A stretch of 64,000 nt of DNA. Source: Moniliella sp. 'wahieum' (taxonomy: Eukaryota). Positions 12,654-24,679 of the stretch are shown here, piece after piece. The notes below the pieces were generated by a model that made no database searches, had not been told where the DNA came from, and worked only from the letters and a program-made list of their open reading frames with translations. The position numbers and the translations under genes are program-made. The stretch spans positions 372,001 through 436,000 of the forward strand of contig RSEE01000046.1 in the NCBI GenBank assembly GCA_003971905.1, read 5' to 3'. Positions within the stretch are counted from its first letter, which is position 1. Each line of letters begins with the position of its first letter.

Positions 12654-13196
12654 GGTCTGTGCGGACGGTGGGGTTGTGCTCCCAGGCCATACTCATCCGA
12701 AAGGTGGAGGACGGAGCTCTCAAAAAAGGCTTGTCTTTCGAACGCTCGCAGGGATTGCGTCCGGAAGAGTGGAGTTGAGGGAGATTTGAGGATGGTGGCA
12801 AGTGTGGCAGAGGGCCTCGGGCCACCAGTGGTGTGGAGGTTGGCGCCCTGGGGGCAGCGCCTCACCGGCTCACCAATGGCTCCTCAAACGCTTTCGTCGC
12901 ACAAGTACACTTGTAATTCTTCCTTTGCATAAATGTAAATGCGTTCTTCCTCCTGATCTTCTCCCGATGGCATCCATGCTCCACCCATACTAGACTCTCT
13001 TATTAATAGTGACGGATGATAAGTTCAACAGTATTATGTGCGGTCAACGTTAAATTGCGATCTGGCGATGCATCTGCCTGCGCAGGGCATTATAGAAGAA
13101 GTCTCTGGTGTGTTATTCACGAGAAATGGGTGCGGGGTGTGGTAGGTTGAACCCTCAAGCGACCCGAACGGGGGTTGTCAGGCAGCTGGACAAGTA

Positions 13197-13972
13197 CTAT
13201 GTACCTTGGGGTAAAGAAACGAAGAACATCACTGATATACGAGCCTGATGGCTCGACGCCGACCCATCTTCGACGCTCTTGATGTTTCCGACGACGTCTC
13301 GAGCTTGGCCTGGTTGAATCTTGCGAGGTAGGCAGGTCGATGTGCACTTTGTTTGCAACGGCAATGTGGATGGTAACGTTTCCGCCTTCAAGTCGAGCAC
13401 GTGGCCACCAATGTCGCGCTGGTCCGAGATAAAGTGGAGGTGCTGACCGGCAACGGAGAATCCCTGAAAGGCAAGCGGGGAACGGAAACCCGACAACCGT
13501 GCCGTGTTGGTCGGACAAGTTCATGATATGCTGGTTCTTCTGTAGTACCTCTAGCAGTGGCTGGCCGTGGTACTCTGGCCACAAAGGGACCGGATTCGCA
13601 GGTTGGGTAGTGCCCACCTTCAATGCGGGTAGGAGACAAACAGGTTGTCCTGCCCGGGCACGGCTGCGTCCAGGATAGCATCCAAGTCGTCTTGGAGGCC
13701 AATGTCATTGCCGCGCAGGGTGATTTGGGCTTCGAAGTGGGGGCCATGGCAAAGGGGATGGTATGCTCGGGACCCGCTACACGCACCGACCCGTCGTACA
13801 ACAACTGATACACCCCCGTCCAATAAGACCAGCGCCCCGCGCATGCGGAAAAATGTTCAGGCCTTGGTTACCGTGCTGGATCAGAGAGGAAAGGTGGTGC
13901 CCTGCTCGACGACGCCAGCCATGAGCGCATGAGCAGACTAAAATGGTACACCTCGTTAGGCCCAGCAGTCAT
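13197..13972 (-). CDS. Alpha-acetolactate decarboxylase family protein (BudA/AldB-like)
   Basis: ALMAGV, HGNQGL, LVLLDG.VYQ, IPFA, NLFVSY.IEG, GTVVGFRSP, FQGFSVAGQHLHFISDQRDIGGHVLD (HxH..GGH Zn motif), HIDLPT, IKSVE. Intronless, several indels. Confidence 0.88.
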
Positions 13973-15803
13973 CGTGAAGGCCACCACGGAGGAGGGGGCT
14001 GAGGGGACGAGGAGAAGGGCGGGGTGGGGTCGCTACCAAAGATAGTGCGGTAGGGGGGAGGGCTGATGCTCGTCTTTAATAATTCGCTTGGACGCAGCTG
14101 AAATTAATGAAAGCTTTGGAGAAGCCTCAACTGTCCTGCGGCCCACCGGATCGCAGTTTCGATAATGACGGAACCAGCGGCCGCCGTTGTCCCTTACTAC
14201 TGTAGAGCCCTTTCCATCTGTTGATGCCTCTGTTCTGCTACGGTATAGAAGCCATCCTGTACGAGGCTTGCTGGTGGTGATCCTCCTCCCTTTCTCATCT
14301 AGCTTCACTAGTCACTCTGATGATCGATGAATGATTCTCCTTCACCCATTCTGACACGCTTTGAATCCATATCATTGACAGAGCTTAAGGCTGGGACAAC
14401 AGGGGAACGCTACGTCTAAAACGAACCGTTCATCTTGCGGGGGACACGCTTTTATAAATTTTTACGACTTTATACGTCGATCACTCTGCAAGCCGCGGTT
14501 ACTCTCAGTAGCGTTGCTCTTCATTAGAACTCCATCTAAATGAGGACAAGGTCTACAGAGAGAACGAGAAAGAAAGAGGCGGTGATGGATCTATTCCAAG
14601 AGAGGGGCCCGTTAGGGGCAGAACATAGGAGAGATGAGTCGGATAGAACAGCGCGAGGTGTGATGCGTGACATCATGGCGCCGAGAAACACTCCGTCTGA
14701 TTCCGCCTACCTACAGCGCGCCGAGTGTGGTAACGACCCCGATGGGTGGGCCACAAAGAAAAAAGCATCATGGTGGCAACGACGAGCCCATTTGATCATG
14801 GTCGTTAGCCGCAAATGGATTATGTGTTGGGCCACTGGGTGGCTTGTGTGTTTTGGCTGACGTCCCTTCTTCAGTCCCTCTCCTCCGCAGGCTCATCACA
14901 GGTGTTCCACTCGGTTGTTTTCTCGCTTCTGTGTTTTTCCCTTGTTCCGCAGCGTACTTGCCGTGGAGACTGGCTTAGTACTTGATGTTCCTCTGTGGAC
15001 GTTTTTGGTTGCCTTACAATCCACCACCTCCACTATAGTGCGAGTGCATTACCCTCGAGGACCATTAGCAGGATGCGGATCTCTCATCAATATGTCCGCA
15101 GCAGGATGTACCAAGTGGTCCGCTGACGCGGCGCTCTCACAGTCTGCTTGCCAAAGGAGCGGCAACAGCAAGACGGAAGAGGGAAGGGAGATGTCGGTGG
15201 ACATTGGAGGCGAGAGGGCGGGGTGGAAAGCGCACGGCGGGGCAACTGGGGCAGCGGCGGGCAGGCAGATTGCCGCCGGATACGCGGTGGGCGTGGACGG
15301 GTGCTGTGTCACATGTCAGATCTCAGATCCCAAGGACAGCCGATGTGGCCGCCCAGCCGAGGGCGGCTGACGCACTGACGATCCTGGCGTCGGGGGCGCT
15401 GGCATGCTTGCATGCTGCATGCTCTGGCTAGCAATAAAGTTGGCCCGCCCACGCAGTCTGAGTACTCACCCGTCGATCCCAGCAGCCGGCGCACGGGGCC
15501 TGCTGCGTCACCCATCACCCGTTGGATGTCACCAGCAACGCGCACGCGCCCAGCCAGCGCTCGTTTTTGGGCGCGCAAGTGGCGCACACTGGCGTCCGGC
15601 TGCGGCCGGCACGTGCGCGCTGGCGTCGCAGACGCGACGATGTTGTTTGCTGCGTAGGTCGGCTGGATATTCCCAACGGTGCGGCCGCAAGCCGACCAGA
15701 GCCAGTCGGCCCAGTTCACGCCATCCAGGCTGCAGCCCCTGCTTATAAGCATCCACCCTTTCTTTCCACCACCTCGGCCGCCTCCATCCATCTGTCCCCT
15801 CGC

Positions 15804-17256
15804 CATGCCCACCTCCGCCTCCACCTGCGCGCCTCCACACCCTGGCCCACCGCCCCCGCATCCGCTCGCGCGCACATCCCTCCTTTGCCGCTGCTGCCTC
15901 CGCTCGATCTTCTCTGTTGGTCCTCAGGAACCCTCCGCACGCCACCCCCCGCCCGCTGCGGAGGGGACAGGCATCAAGACGGTGCTGGTGGCTGGGGCGC
16001 GGGAGCGCATGCGGCCCAATCCTGGGCCGTCGGCAACACGCAGGCGGTAGCGCCGCCCCCGTGCCAGTGTCGCGGTGCGACCAGGCGGGCTGCACCAAGG
16101 CCTATGCCGGTCCCAACGCTGTTAGCAACCTCAAGCGCCACAAGGCCAATGTACACCACATCCCCCTCTCGGCTCAGCCGCGACATACCCGGTGGGACCG
16201 CAACCCCAACCGTCCCAAGGATGAGCAGGAGCGGCGCGAACGGATGCTGGAGGCCAAGCGCAAGTACGCCCGCAAGGCCCGTGCGCGACAAAGGGCCGCC
16301 AGCACGCTGCCCGCGCCGCTGGCTTTCCCCTCTCTCGCCCTGCCAGCGATCTGCCGACCCCTGCTGCCTCTCCCCACCTTGCCACGGACCGTGGCGCGCA
16401 CGTTGGCCCGTTGTTGCCCAGCCACGCACCTCGGCAAGCACCTGCTTCCTATCCGGGTCTTTCTTCTATACCCCGCAACCACCCCAGCTTGCACTGCCCC
16501 CGGCTCCAACCCCCTTTCCACCTACCTTGCTCCGCCCGCACAGCGTGCCTACCAACCTGGCCCCGCTGCCCCCGTTCCACTCGAAGTGAATCTGCTGCGT
16601 CCAGTGAGCTTGGCAGGTGGCTCAGCAATTCGCTGGGCCTGTTGGAGACCAGTTTGCCTCACCCCTCTCTGCTCTGGCACGGCGGCTTCGACTTGGTATG
16701 CGAACCAGCAGCGACCTCTACCCGTCCCTGTCCCGCGCTGCGGAGCCCATGGCCATGCTCAATTTCCCATCTGCCTCCAGCCTCCATTCTCTCTTTTGTC
16801 CGATTCGCCCGCCTTTCCATCTAGCTGGATGGCGTCTGCGAACCCACCCCTCGGACGTATCTGTGCCTTCCTTCTTTCCTCCTTGGCCGGCGACGATTCA
16901 GAGGTGGGCATGAGCAGCACCGACACCCAACTCACCATTCCTTCCCTTACTGCCTCCCCTCCGCTCGGCCGGCTCAAGCCTGACCTTTCGTCCGAATGGG
17001 CAGGGCCCTCCACCCTCTCCCCAGCGTGGCTGCGCCTACCCTGGCACCCGGTAGTGCGGGTGGGGGGTGGCAAGTCGACAAGCCATCGGAGGAAGAGAAG
17101 AAGGGGATGGAGAGTGACCTGTGGGGCATGACCATGTTTCGCTCTCCGTCCCGAACGGGATTGAGTCCGTGGAAGACGTGGCTTGGCTCGGATCTGGACG
17201 CGTCCCCGTCTGGCCGGAAAAAGGGGGTGGGAACGAGTGCACTCTTGTTGAATTAG
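15804..17256 (+). CDS. Putative transcription factor with one atypical C2H2 finger and an adjacent basic helix
   Basis: CDQAGCTKAYAGPNAVSNLKRHKANVH followed by PRHTRWDRNPNRPKDEQERRERMLEAKRKYARKARARQR, with Pro/Ser-rich flanks. Start and end inferred across frameshifts. Confidence 0.65.
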
Positions 17257-17534
17257 GTGAACTTGACCTGCCATCAGGACAAAGAGTTGCGGGCTCAAGC
17301 TCAATATTCAATGTTGGTCAGCGGAGCAACCCCCCTTTCCCTTTTTTTCCTCGCGTGGGCTCGGTCGCAGGGGGTGAACCGGGTTGATGGGGTTGATGCA
17401 CTGATGATCGAGCTAGCTTCAAGCCCAGTTGGCTCTACGCTTTTTTTATGTTGTTCTGCGGGAAATACTCGGCTCATGCATCATGCGCACTAGCGTCGAA
17501 TGCCTGGTCCTGTTCTATCTTCCTACTATCTTAT

Positions 17535-17640
17535 TTGTCCTTGTCCTGTCTGTTGTCTTGTCTTTGTCTTGTCTTGTCTTGTCTTGCCTTGTCATGTCTT
17601 GATCTTGTTTTGTCTTGTTCGTGTTGTGTCTTGTCTTTTG
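17535..17640. repeat. Degenerate (TTGTC)n pentanucleotide microsatellite
   Basis: ttgtcc ttgtcc tgtc tgttgtc ttgtc tttgtc ttgtc ttgtc ttgtc... visible directly in the sequence. Confidence 0.9.
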
Positions 17641-18942
17641 TTGTGTACTATGTCGCTGTTGTCTACTGCCTCTTGGCTCATCCGCACCGCCGCTGTTCTC
17701 TCCTGCCTCTAGCCTCCGACCCAATCGCCTGTCCTCTCCTCACCTTGTACTGTAGACACCATGCGCCCTCACGCCGCTCGGTTACTCACTTCCATTTGTG
17801 CGACAACAGATCATCCAGCGACTGGGGAAGGAGCGCGATTTTGTTAGGCGAGGTGACCGGTGGACATTGAATATCGGCGGTTGATCAAAAGAGAGGGCCA
17901 TGGCAACGACAGAGTGCACGACATGCCTGAAGGCGCTATAGCATTTCAGGTGGTGGTTCAACGTTACCAGAGCGTTGAACCGCGGAATCCCCCCTCCAAT
18001 AAGGCCGATGGGGGTCCGAGATCAGAGTGTGGGGCGGACATGGTAGAAGTGCAGTATCCCCAGGCGTCACCGACATCCGCCTCAATGTGATCGGCTGGCA
18101 TTATGATCGACATGATCATCCTACCCTCCTGATCGAGATGCTCTGATCTGTGGGCACAACGTTCATTATACGTCGACAAAAAGGCCCAGCCGGGGGCGGA
18201 GGGGGGGACGGAGGATACGACGAATCGGAAGAGTGCAGCCCTGTGCAGCCCGACCTGGTCCTCGCAGAGTCCTTCTGTCAGTGTCTCTCTCAATGCGACA
18301 TATAGTGACATGTGTGCACGCCTTGCCCGGCCCTATCTATCATCGACATGGTTGCCTCTGAATTCACGTCGGCATGCAAAACTCTGAGAACTCACGACCT
18401 CCCTGCTCTCTATCGGCCACACAGGCCCGCTATAGGCCAGCGTCCATCGCGGCGCACACGCAATCTGGCAACCACCATCATCTGCCTCGTCGATCATCAT
18501 ACAACTATCGAGCCGAACCCCCCCGGCCTAGTACGTTGAGCCTCACCTCCCGTCTCTATAGCCCCGTTGGGAGTCTTTGCTTCAATGGTTGTCAGTAGGA
18601 TCGATCAATCGGGGAAACCTGTCCTCCTGTAAGTTTTACTTTGCGCTAAGAGCAATATGGCCCCTCATTAATGATTAAACCCCAGTTACGACTGAGTCCC
18701 AGCCCTGGCACGTCCCAGCGGCATGCGGTGCGAAGGACCGGAATGAATATTGAATCCACTGGACCTGGTGCATCATTTCACATCCCACTGCCCATGCCAC
18801 ATGTCACACTGAGCGGCACAGACAGACAGTGCCCCCCGGCGGGGCCCCAACCCACGCTGCGCGCGGCGCACTTGAAATTAACCTCCAACCCGATCCAACC
18901 ATTTATCAATCGAGCCTCGCCCCCGTCGCGTCGGATTCGCGC

Positions 18943-18985
18943 GCACGTTCACGTTCACGTTCACGGTTCACATTCACGTTCGCGT
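18943..18985. repeat. (CACGTT)n hexamer array upstream of the RAD51 paralogue
   Basis: cacgtt cacgtt cacgtt cacggtt cacatt cacgtt cgcgtc, ending about 35 bp before the ATG at 19020. Confidence 0.85.
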
Positions 18986-19019
18986 CTGCTCCCCCGCCCC
19001 CTTCCGATCCGGCACGACG

Positions 19020-20329
19020 ATGGAGCTGCAGAGCGCATCGCAGATCGTTGCCCAAACGCAGCCTGGCCGGGGCACCGCAGCGCTGCTGCCAGCCTCGTTG
19101 CCGCGCCGCCCTGCGCCGCGCCTCTGTACCGGGTACGACGCGCTGGACATGGTGCTAGGTCGGTGGCGCAGCGCGCTGCCTGCATCGGCGTCGGCGTGCT
19201 GCGTCTGCTTCAGGGGGCGGCGAACGTCGTGGCCTGCCGTCCGGCACGACGATGGAGATTTTGGGCCCGACAGCGTCGGGCAAGAGCCGGTTGGCTGCGC
19301 AGGTGGCGGTGCGGTGGGCACAAGAGGCGTGTAGGATGAGCGGGACGACAACGCCGAGGCGTGGGTGTATGTGATTGGTGCGTGCCAATCAATGGTCTGC
19401 ACGAAGGGAGCGTGCGAGCCCCACGAAGGTGGAGGCAAGGAGCAACCAACTGACCCAGACTGAGCCGGGTGCAGATGCTGAAGGGTCGCTGACCAGCTAC
19501 GTTGGTGGCGACGGTGGAAGCGCTCTGTAGGAGAGCGGAGGCCCAAGTGGAAGGAGAAGGGAAGGGGAAGGGAAGGGGAAGGGGAAGGGGAAGGGGAAGG
19601 GAAGGGGAAGGGGAAGGGGAAGGGGAAGGGGAAGGGGAAGGGGAAGGGGAAGGGGAAGCGCAAGGGGACACTGGCTGTTCGGTGTACGAGGTGATAGAGC
19701 GAATGCGCTACACTCGCTGCACCTCAGCTACGCAGTTGGTCGCGCTGCTGCAGACGTTGGCGAGCAACCTTTACAGTGGCTCTTCTTGTTCCCACCCGTT
19801 CCCGGCGCTGCTGGAGCATCCGCACCGATGCCTGCTCTTGCTCGACAGCCTCGACGAATTCCTTCGCGGCCAATTTCAAACGGACGTGGCGGCGAGCTGC
19901 GCACGACCTACACGACTGTACTGCAGCACTAGCCGCTCGTGGTGTGTCGGTGGTAGCGACCAATGGGATGGGGATCAAGGTGACGCGGGGATGTGGGCGG
20001 GTTGCTGGTGCCCAGTGCGAATGGGGTGCCTACGTTTGGTCCCCGCTGGCGGCCATGACGATTTGCGCAATTGGCGGTCACTCTTGGGCCGGGAACACGT
20101 GTGTCGGGTCCTGCTTACCTGGGACACACCTGCGAGGCAGGCAGCAGCAACCCACCAGCGTCGCCGGCCACGCGTCTTCGGCGTCTTCTTCCGTCTCGCG
20201 TACGCCGCCGCCCGCTCTGGGTCAATGGGCCCTTGTCTTTCCCGTCCCGACACGGCCAACGAGGCTCAGCTCTGGAACGATCCGCGGCAACGCGTGCCCT
20301 ATGTGATTGGAGTAAGTGAAGTGGGATGA
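19020..20329 (+). CDS. RAD51 paralogue (RAD51C/D, Rad55/57-like RecA-fold ATPase)
   Basis: LCTGYDALDMVLG, Walker A MEILGPTASGKSRL, VYVI|DAEGS after splicing intron 19378-19474, Walker B LLLLDSL, VVATN. Frameshifted. Confidence 0.82.
19548..19658. repeat. Polypurine (GGGGAA)n tract inside the RAD51-paralogue CDS
   Basis: About 110 bp of almost pure G/A hexamer repeats, read as a Gly-Glu dipeptide run in the probable coding frame. Confidence 0.92.
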
Positions 20330-20619
20330 AAGGATGTCAGCGGGTTAGCGCGAGCCAAGGTCCACTGGGTACTGACTGCTATTACCTCTTTATTATTGCC
20401 TCTTCGTCTCTTTACCTTTTCTTGACAGCCCGATGGACTGTTCCAGGCACGAATGGAATCTGTCTAACTAGCTGCCCTGCTTCGCGTTGGGTGGTTTTCT
20501 TCTGACTCGCACTCGGTTCCATCTTACGGGGACGGAGTGAGAGGAAAAAAAAGGCAAGAAGATATGAGATGCCATAGCAGAGTTGGATTGGCCTGTTTTG
20601 GTCCTACGACTGGGCGGAT

Positions 20620-21955
20620 TTACCGTCGTTTCCCCACTCCTGCGACCTTGGCGGGAGGCGTCGGGCCGATACCTTGGCCTGGCCTGCTCCCGCCGCGGCC
20701 GAATGACCTTGTGGCTGGCTCTTGGTGGAAGAAGGGGAAGAGACAGTCTTGGTGGTGGCCATTCGGGTGGGGGCGAGGGTGGACGGGACCGTTTTTCGCG
20801 TTGGAGACGCGCTTTGAGTTCGTTGACCAAGTCCACCTCAGTTGGACCCTTGGCAGCGGCGGTGCGCGGGACGAGGCCGAGGAGGACCTTGACACTGTGC
20901 CGCGACAGGATGTATGTCTGGATAGCGGTGAGGAAGGCATTGGTGGTCCACATAGCAACACGGCCGAGGGGAAGGAACGAATGATGATTGGCGAACAGCA
21001 CAGGCCGACCCGCATAGCCCATTTGGTCGTGCCTGCAAATTTGGCGGCGGGCCCGGCGGCCTTCTGGTTGGCCATGCCGTCTCGGACGACACGATTTGGC
21101 ATGCGGCCGTCAAGAGGGGCAAGACCATGTAGTCGTCAGCCTGGGTTAGGTCGGGGAACCAGAGAATGCCGCCAGAGGTCATTGACCACAGTCCCGCATG
21201 GGCCATCTTGTCCAGCGCAAAAAACAGCGTCACAAATAGTGGCGCCGACACAAACATGGGCATCAATGGGCCCATGGGGTTGGCCTCGCGCATGGCCGCT
21301 GTCACTTCGGCCTGCTTGGCTTGCATCTCCTTGGCATTGCCCCGGTTCTTCACCACTTGCATCTCCTCCATCAAGCGTACCATCTTGGGCTGCATCTCCT
21401 GCAGCCGAAGCGTGGCCCGCTGCCCACGAATCGCAATGGGCAGCGTCAGTACCTTGAGCGCCACCACAGCACTCACAATCACACCCACCACGGAAGCCCC
21501 GTGGCGATCATAACAGTCTCCAACGCTTGCTGCATAGTCGGCACAGTGGCCCAGCCATTGGGCAGACCAGCGGCGGCAAACTCATTGGTCAAGTCGATCG
21601 GGGTAGCCGGATCGAACGTAACGGGCTCGGCCGCCGCTGCGGCAGCCTGGGTTGCCTCGGCGGAGGGGACCAGATCCGGGGGCGCAACGGAAGTGGCGGC
21701 AGGAGCGGGAGGCGGAGGCGGGGGAGGATCAAAAGGAAGAGCAGCAGGTGCAGCAGGTGCGGGGGAGGGGCAGGGGAGGAACTGGGCCAGAGAGAAAAGG
21801 CGCGTGTGTGGGGGGGCAGGCGGCGATCATGCCCGACGGCGGGAGGGAACGGGGGCGGGGAGCGGGAGGGAGCGGGAGAGGGGGACGGCCATGCTGGCGC
21901 GCATGTGGGGGAGCATGCGGCCTGCGACCGAGCGCGTGCGGAGGGCAGCAGCCAT
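20620..21955 (-). CDS. OXA1: Mitochondrial inner-membrane insertase Oxa1 (YidC/Oxa1 family)
   Basis: Arg/Ala-rich presequence, GLPNGLGHCA, AVVALKVLTLPI..QR..LRLQEMQP, APLFVTLFFAL, GGILWFPDLTQADDYMVLP, MWTTNAFLTAIQ. 3' end approximate. Confidence 0.88.
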
Positions 21956-22429
21956 GATGAGGGGGCGGTGGCGGGGGCGGTGGTGACGGTGGTGGACGCG
22001 GAGCAGGCAGAATGGCCAGCGTGCTGGTTGCTACCGACGGCTGTTTGAGTGTCTTCCGGCTGGAAGAATGGGCGCGAGCTCCCGCCCCAGAGGCACCCAC
22101 ATCCAGCAAATGCAGCTTGGCCACGTGCACTTAGGTAATCGCCCACCCCGTTGTCTCGTTGTCGATGATTGATGTGTAGCTTTTCTGACAGACGACTACT
22201 AGACCGAACGCACTAAGGAACATTACCGGCCTATTGCGTGCAAAGCGTGGGGCACCAGTAAATACAACAGAGAATCCGCCACGTCCAAAAAAAACGGCCG
22301 CAAGGGCGTAGCCAAGGGAGATGGGGTACGTTGTTACGCATCCTCCTGCTGCTCCTCTGGCCTGGTTCCGCGTCGCGACCAGGGCAGAGTTCCAGCTCGA
22401 CTCGCCCTCTGCCCCACTTCGTCGCGTGA

Positions 22430-24097
22430 GTGGAACAGGTCGGGCCAGCCGGGCCACTGGTCAGGCTGCGCGACAAACTTGGGAACGCCAACGAGGAGCG
22501 CGGCACTAGGCGCGAGCCTTGCCGGTCCAGGCCTGCTTCACTCTGCGCGTCCATAGGCTGCGTAACAGCAGGGTGGTCAGGGACCGTTCGAGCACCATCG
22601 AGCGGCAGGAGGAGGTAATGCCCTGTGCTCAGCGCAAGTGCCGGACCGGTGAGGTACCGTCGGGCCCGGGACGAGGGCGCAATGTCCTTGCTGTCCCGGT
22701 GCGGGACCAGCACCGTATCGTGAGAGTACTTCGTAGAAAAGGGCGTGATAAAGGAGGCGCTGGGGGAGCGCTGCTGAACAACTCTCTACCTCCGGCTCGG
22801 GTGCTGGAGTGGGCGCAACCGAGTGCTGTTGAGCGGCCGGGGACGTGGAAGGTTCGGCAGGGACGGGTGTATGGTTCTTGTTTCGTGCCAATACATATAC
22901 CCAACAAAGGTGGTCGAGCACGCCAGCAGGAACCCCGAGACGCGCGACGGGGGCCAAGCGGCAAAATCACGAGAAAGAGCACGGCCGAGCCAAGAATGGC
23001 GCTCATGGTAAACAAGGTGAAATGGGTGGGGATGACCCGCGAGGCTTCGAATCGCTGCAGCGCGATTGAGAAACACCACTTGTCCCACGCTGTGGAGGCC
23101 AAGATGGCAACAAGGCCAAGGAGCAACGGATGATCCAGCGCAGCCAGTACACCTCCAGTCCACCCCTCCCTCTGCGCCCCCAGCAACAAGACCAGAAAAT
23201 GCTTGGTCGCAAGCACAGTTAGTGCACCTAAACAGGCACACACACAACCCAAATCAATTAGCAACGTTCTGTTCCCCATATGTGTCAAGGACAACACGAC
23301 AGCGCAGCAACCACACCCACATCCACAATGCAGTAAACGATAAAGGTCCTCTGCTGCAGGGCACGCATCAGCGCTTCCAAGCTCAAGGGTGCGCCCCTTG
23401 GATGGGACGGCACAGACGACACCACCGGCTCCCAGGGCGCACAAGGCGGCCCCAACCACATCGGTGGGTTGCAGCTGCTCGCCAACGACCATAGGGGCGA
23501 GAAACACATTGGCCAGAAGCGCGCGGCGGAACCCCGGGGCAATGAGCGAGGCCGGCGCAAATCCGTACGCTTCGTTGAATCAGTAGGGCTCTGGATCCGC
23601 ACGGCGGGAGCAAGGGTTGGGGACGTACAGATAAAATTGCCACACTCACCCAGAGACATCAGGCCGCACCCGACCCACCACAAACGGCTGCGGAGATAGG
23701 AGATGCCATTTGCATGCGCAGGGCAGGGTTGGGCCCAGAGTCGGAATCCGAATCCGGGTGTCGTGGCCTCGCTCGGGCGGGGCGGGGCGAGGCGGTGCGT
23801 GTGGGGGCGAGGGGCGAGGGGGAGTGGGAGTGGGAGGGCGAAGAGCGAAAGGAAGAAAAGGTGCCATACGCTCTGGACGGTGGGAGGGTATCGCCGGTGG
23901 AGGACGAGGTGGCTGGGGCGGGTATCGGGGGAGGGGGGGGGCGGGGGTGGGTGGAGGAGCTGGAGGCGGGTGTGGGCGAGCTTCTGTACGTTGAGAGCGA
24001 GGGCGATGAGGATGTTGCCCGTGACGGCGACGGCGGCGCCGACGAGGGGGAGCGGGAGAGGCGATGGGCTGGCCGTGGCCGCGACGATCAAGGCCAT
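22430..24097 (-). CDS. NIPA-family magnesium transporter (DUF803)
   Basis: GAAVAVTGNILIALALNVQKLAH, YLRSRLWWVGCGLMSLGECGNFI|SYGFAPAS (intron 23570-23628), ALQRFEASRVIPTHFTLFTMSAILGSAVL. 3' end uncertain. Confidence 0.88.
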
Positions 24098-24679
24098 CGC
24101 GGCGGAAGGGGGGTAGGCGGGCGCAGGCCACAGCACAGGCGGCGGTGGTGTGGGCAAGAGGCGGCACGGAGGATGCTGAGGAGGTGGGCTGGCGGCGGCG
24201 GGGGCGCTCGCGCTGAGCACTGGCGAGCAGCCGACTGAGTGTACTGAGTACTGACTGCCCTTGGCCAGCAGGCACGCTGCCTGACATGCTGACAGGCGAT
24301 CTGGTGTGCCTGTGGATATGACGTCGGCCTGGCCCATTTAATAAGCTGGCCAGCGGCCAGCCGCACTGGGTGCGGGTGAACATTTCACCCCCCGCGTTTG
24401 GCTTGGGCCCCAGCATCTGCCCACATCATCCAACACCCTCTATCATCCACCCATCCTCTCTCCCAGCTCCTTCGGTCCCCAACACCCGCATACGCTCCTC
24501 GCACCCCCCCACCCTTTGGCGCTCACACAGGCAACACACAACCGGCAACGAAGGTGGATGGAATTGTCTGGGTGGACAACAGCACAAGAAAAGAGAGAGA
24601 AAGCGGCCGTCTCTGGCACCCCCGCAGGTCCCGTATCAGCCCAGGCCCACGTGCGGGAAAAAGACGCATGCCGCCTGCA

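Noticed and set aside
17448..17870. Cys/Leu-rich membrane protein ORF
   Set aside because: It is a translation of the (TTGTC)n microsatellite.
18974..19671. Minus-strand FP/SP-repeat ORFs
   Set aside because: They are the antisense reading of the (GGGGAA)n tract in the RAD51 paralogue.
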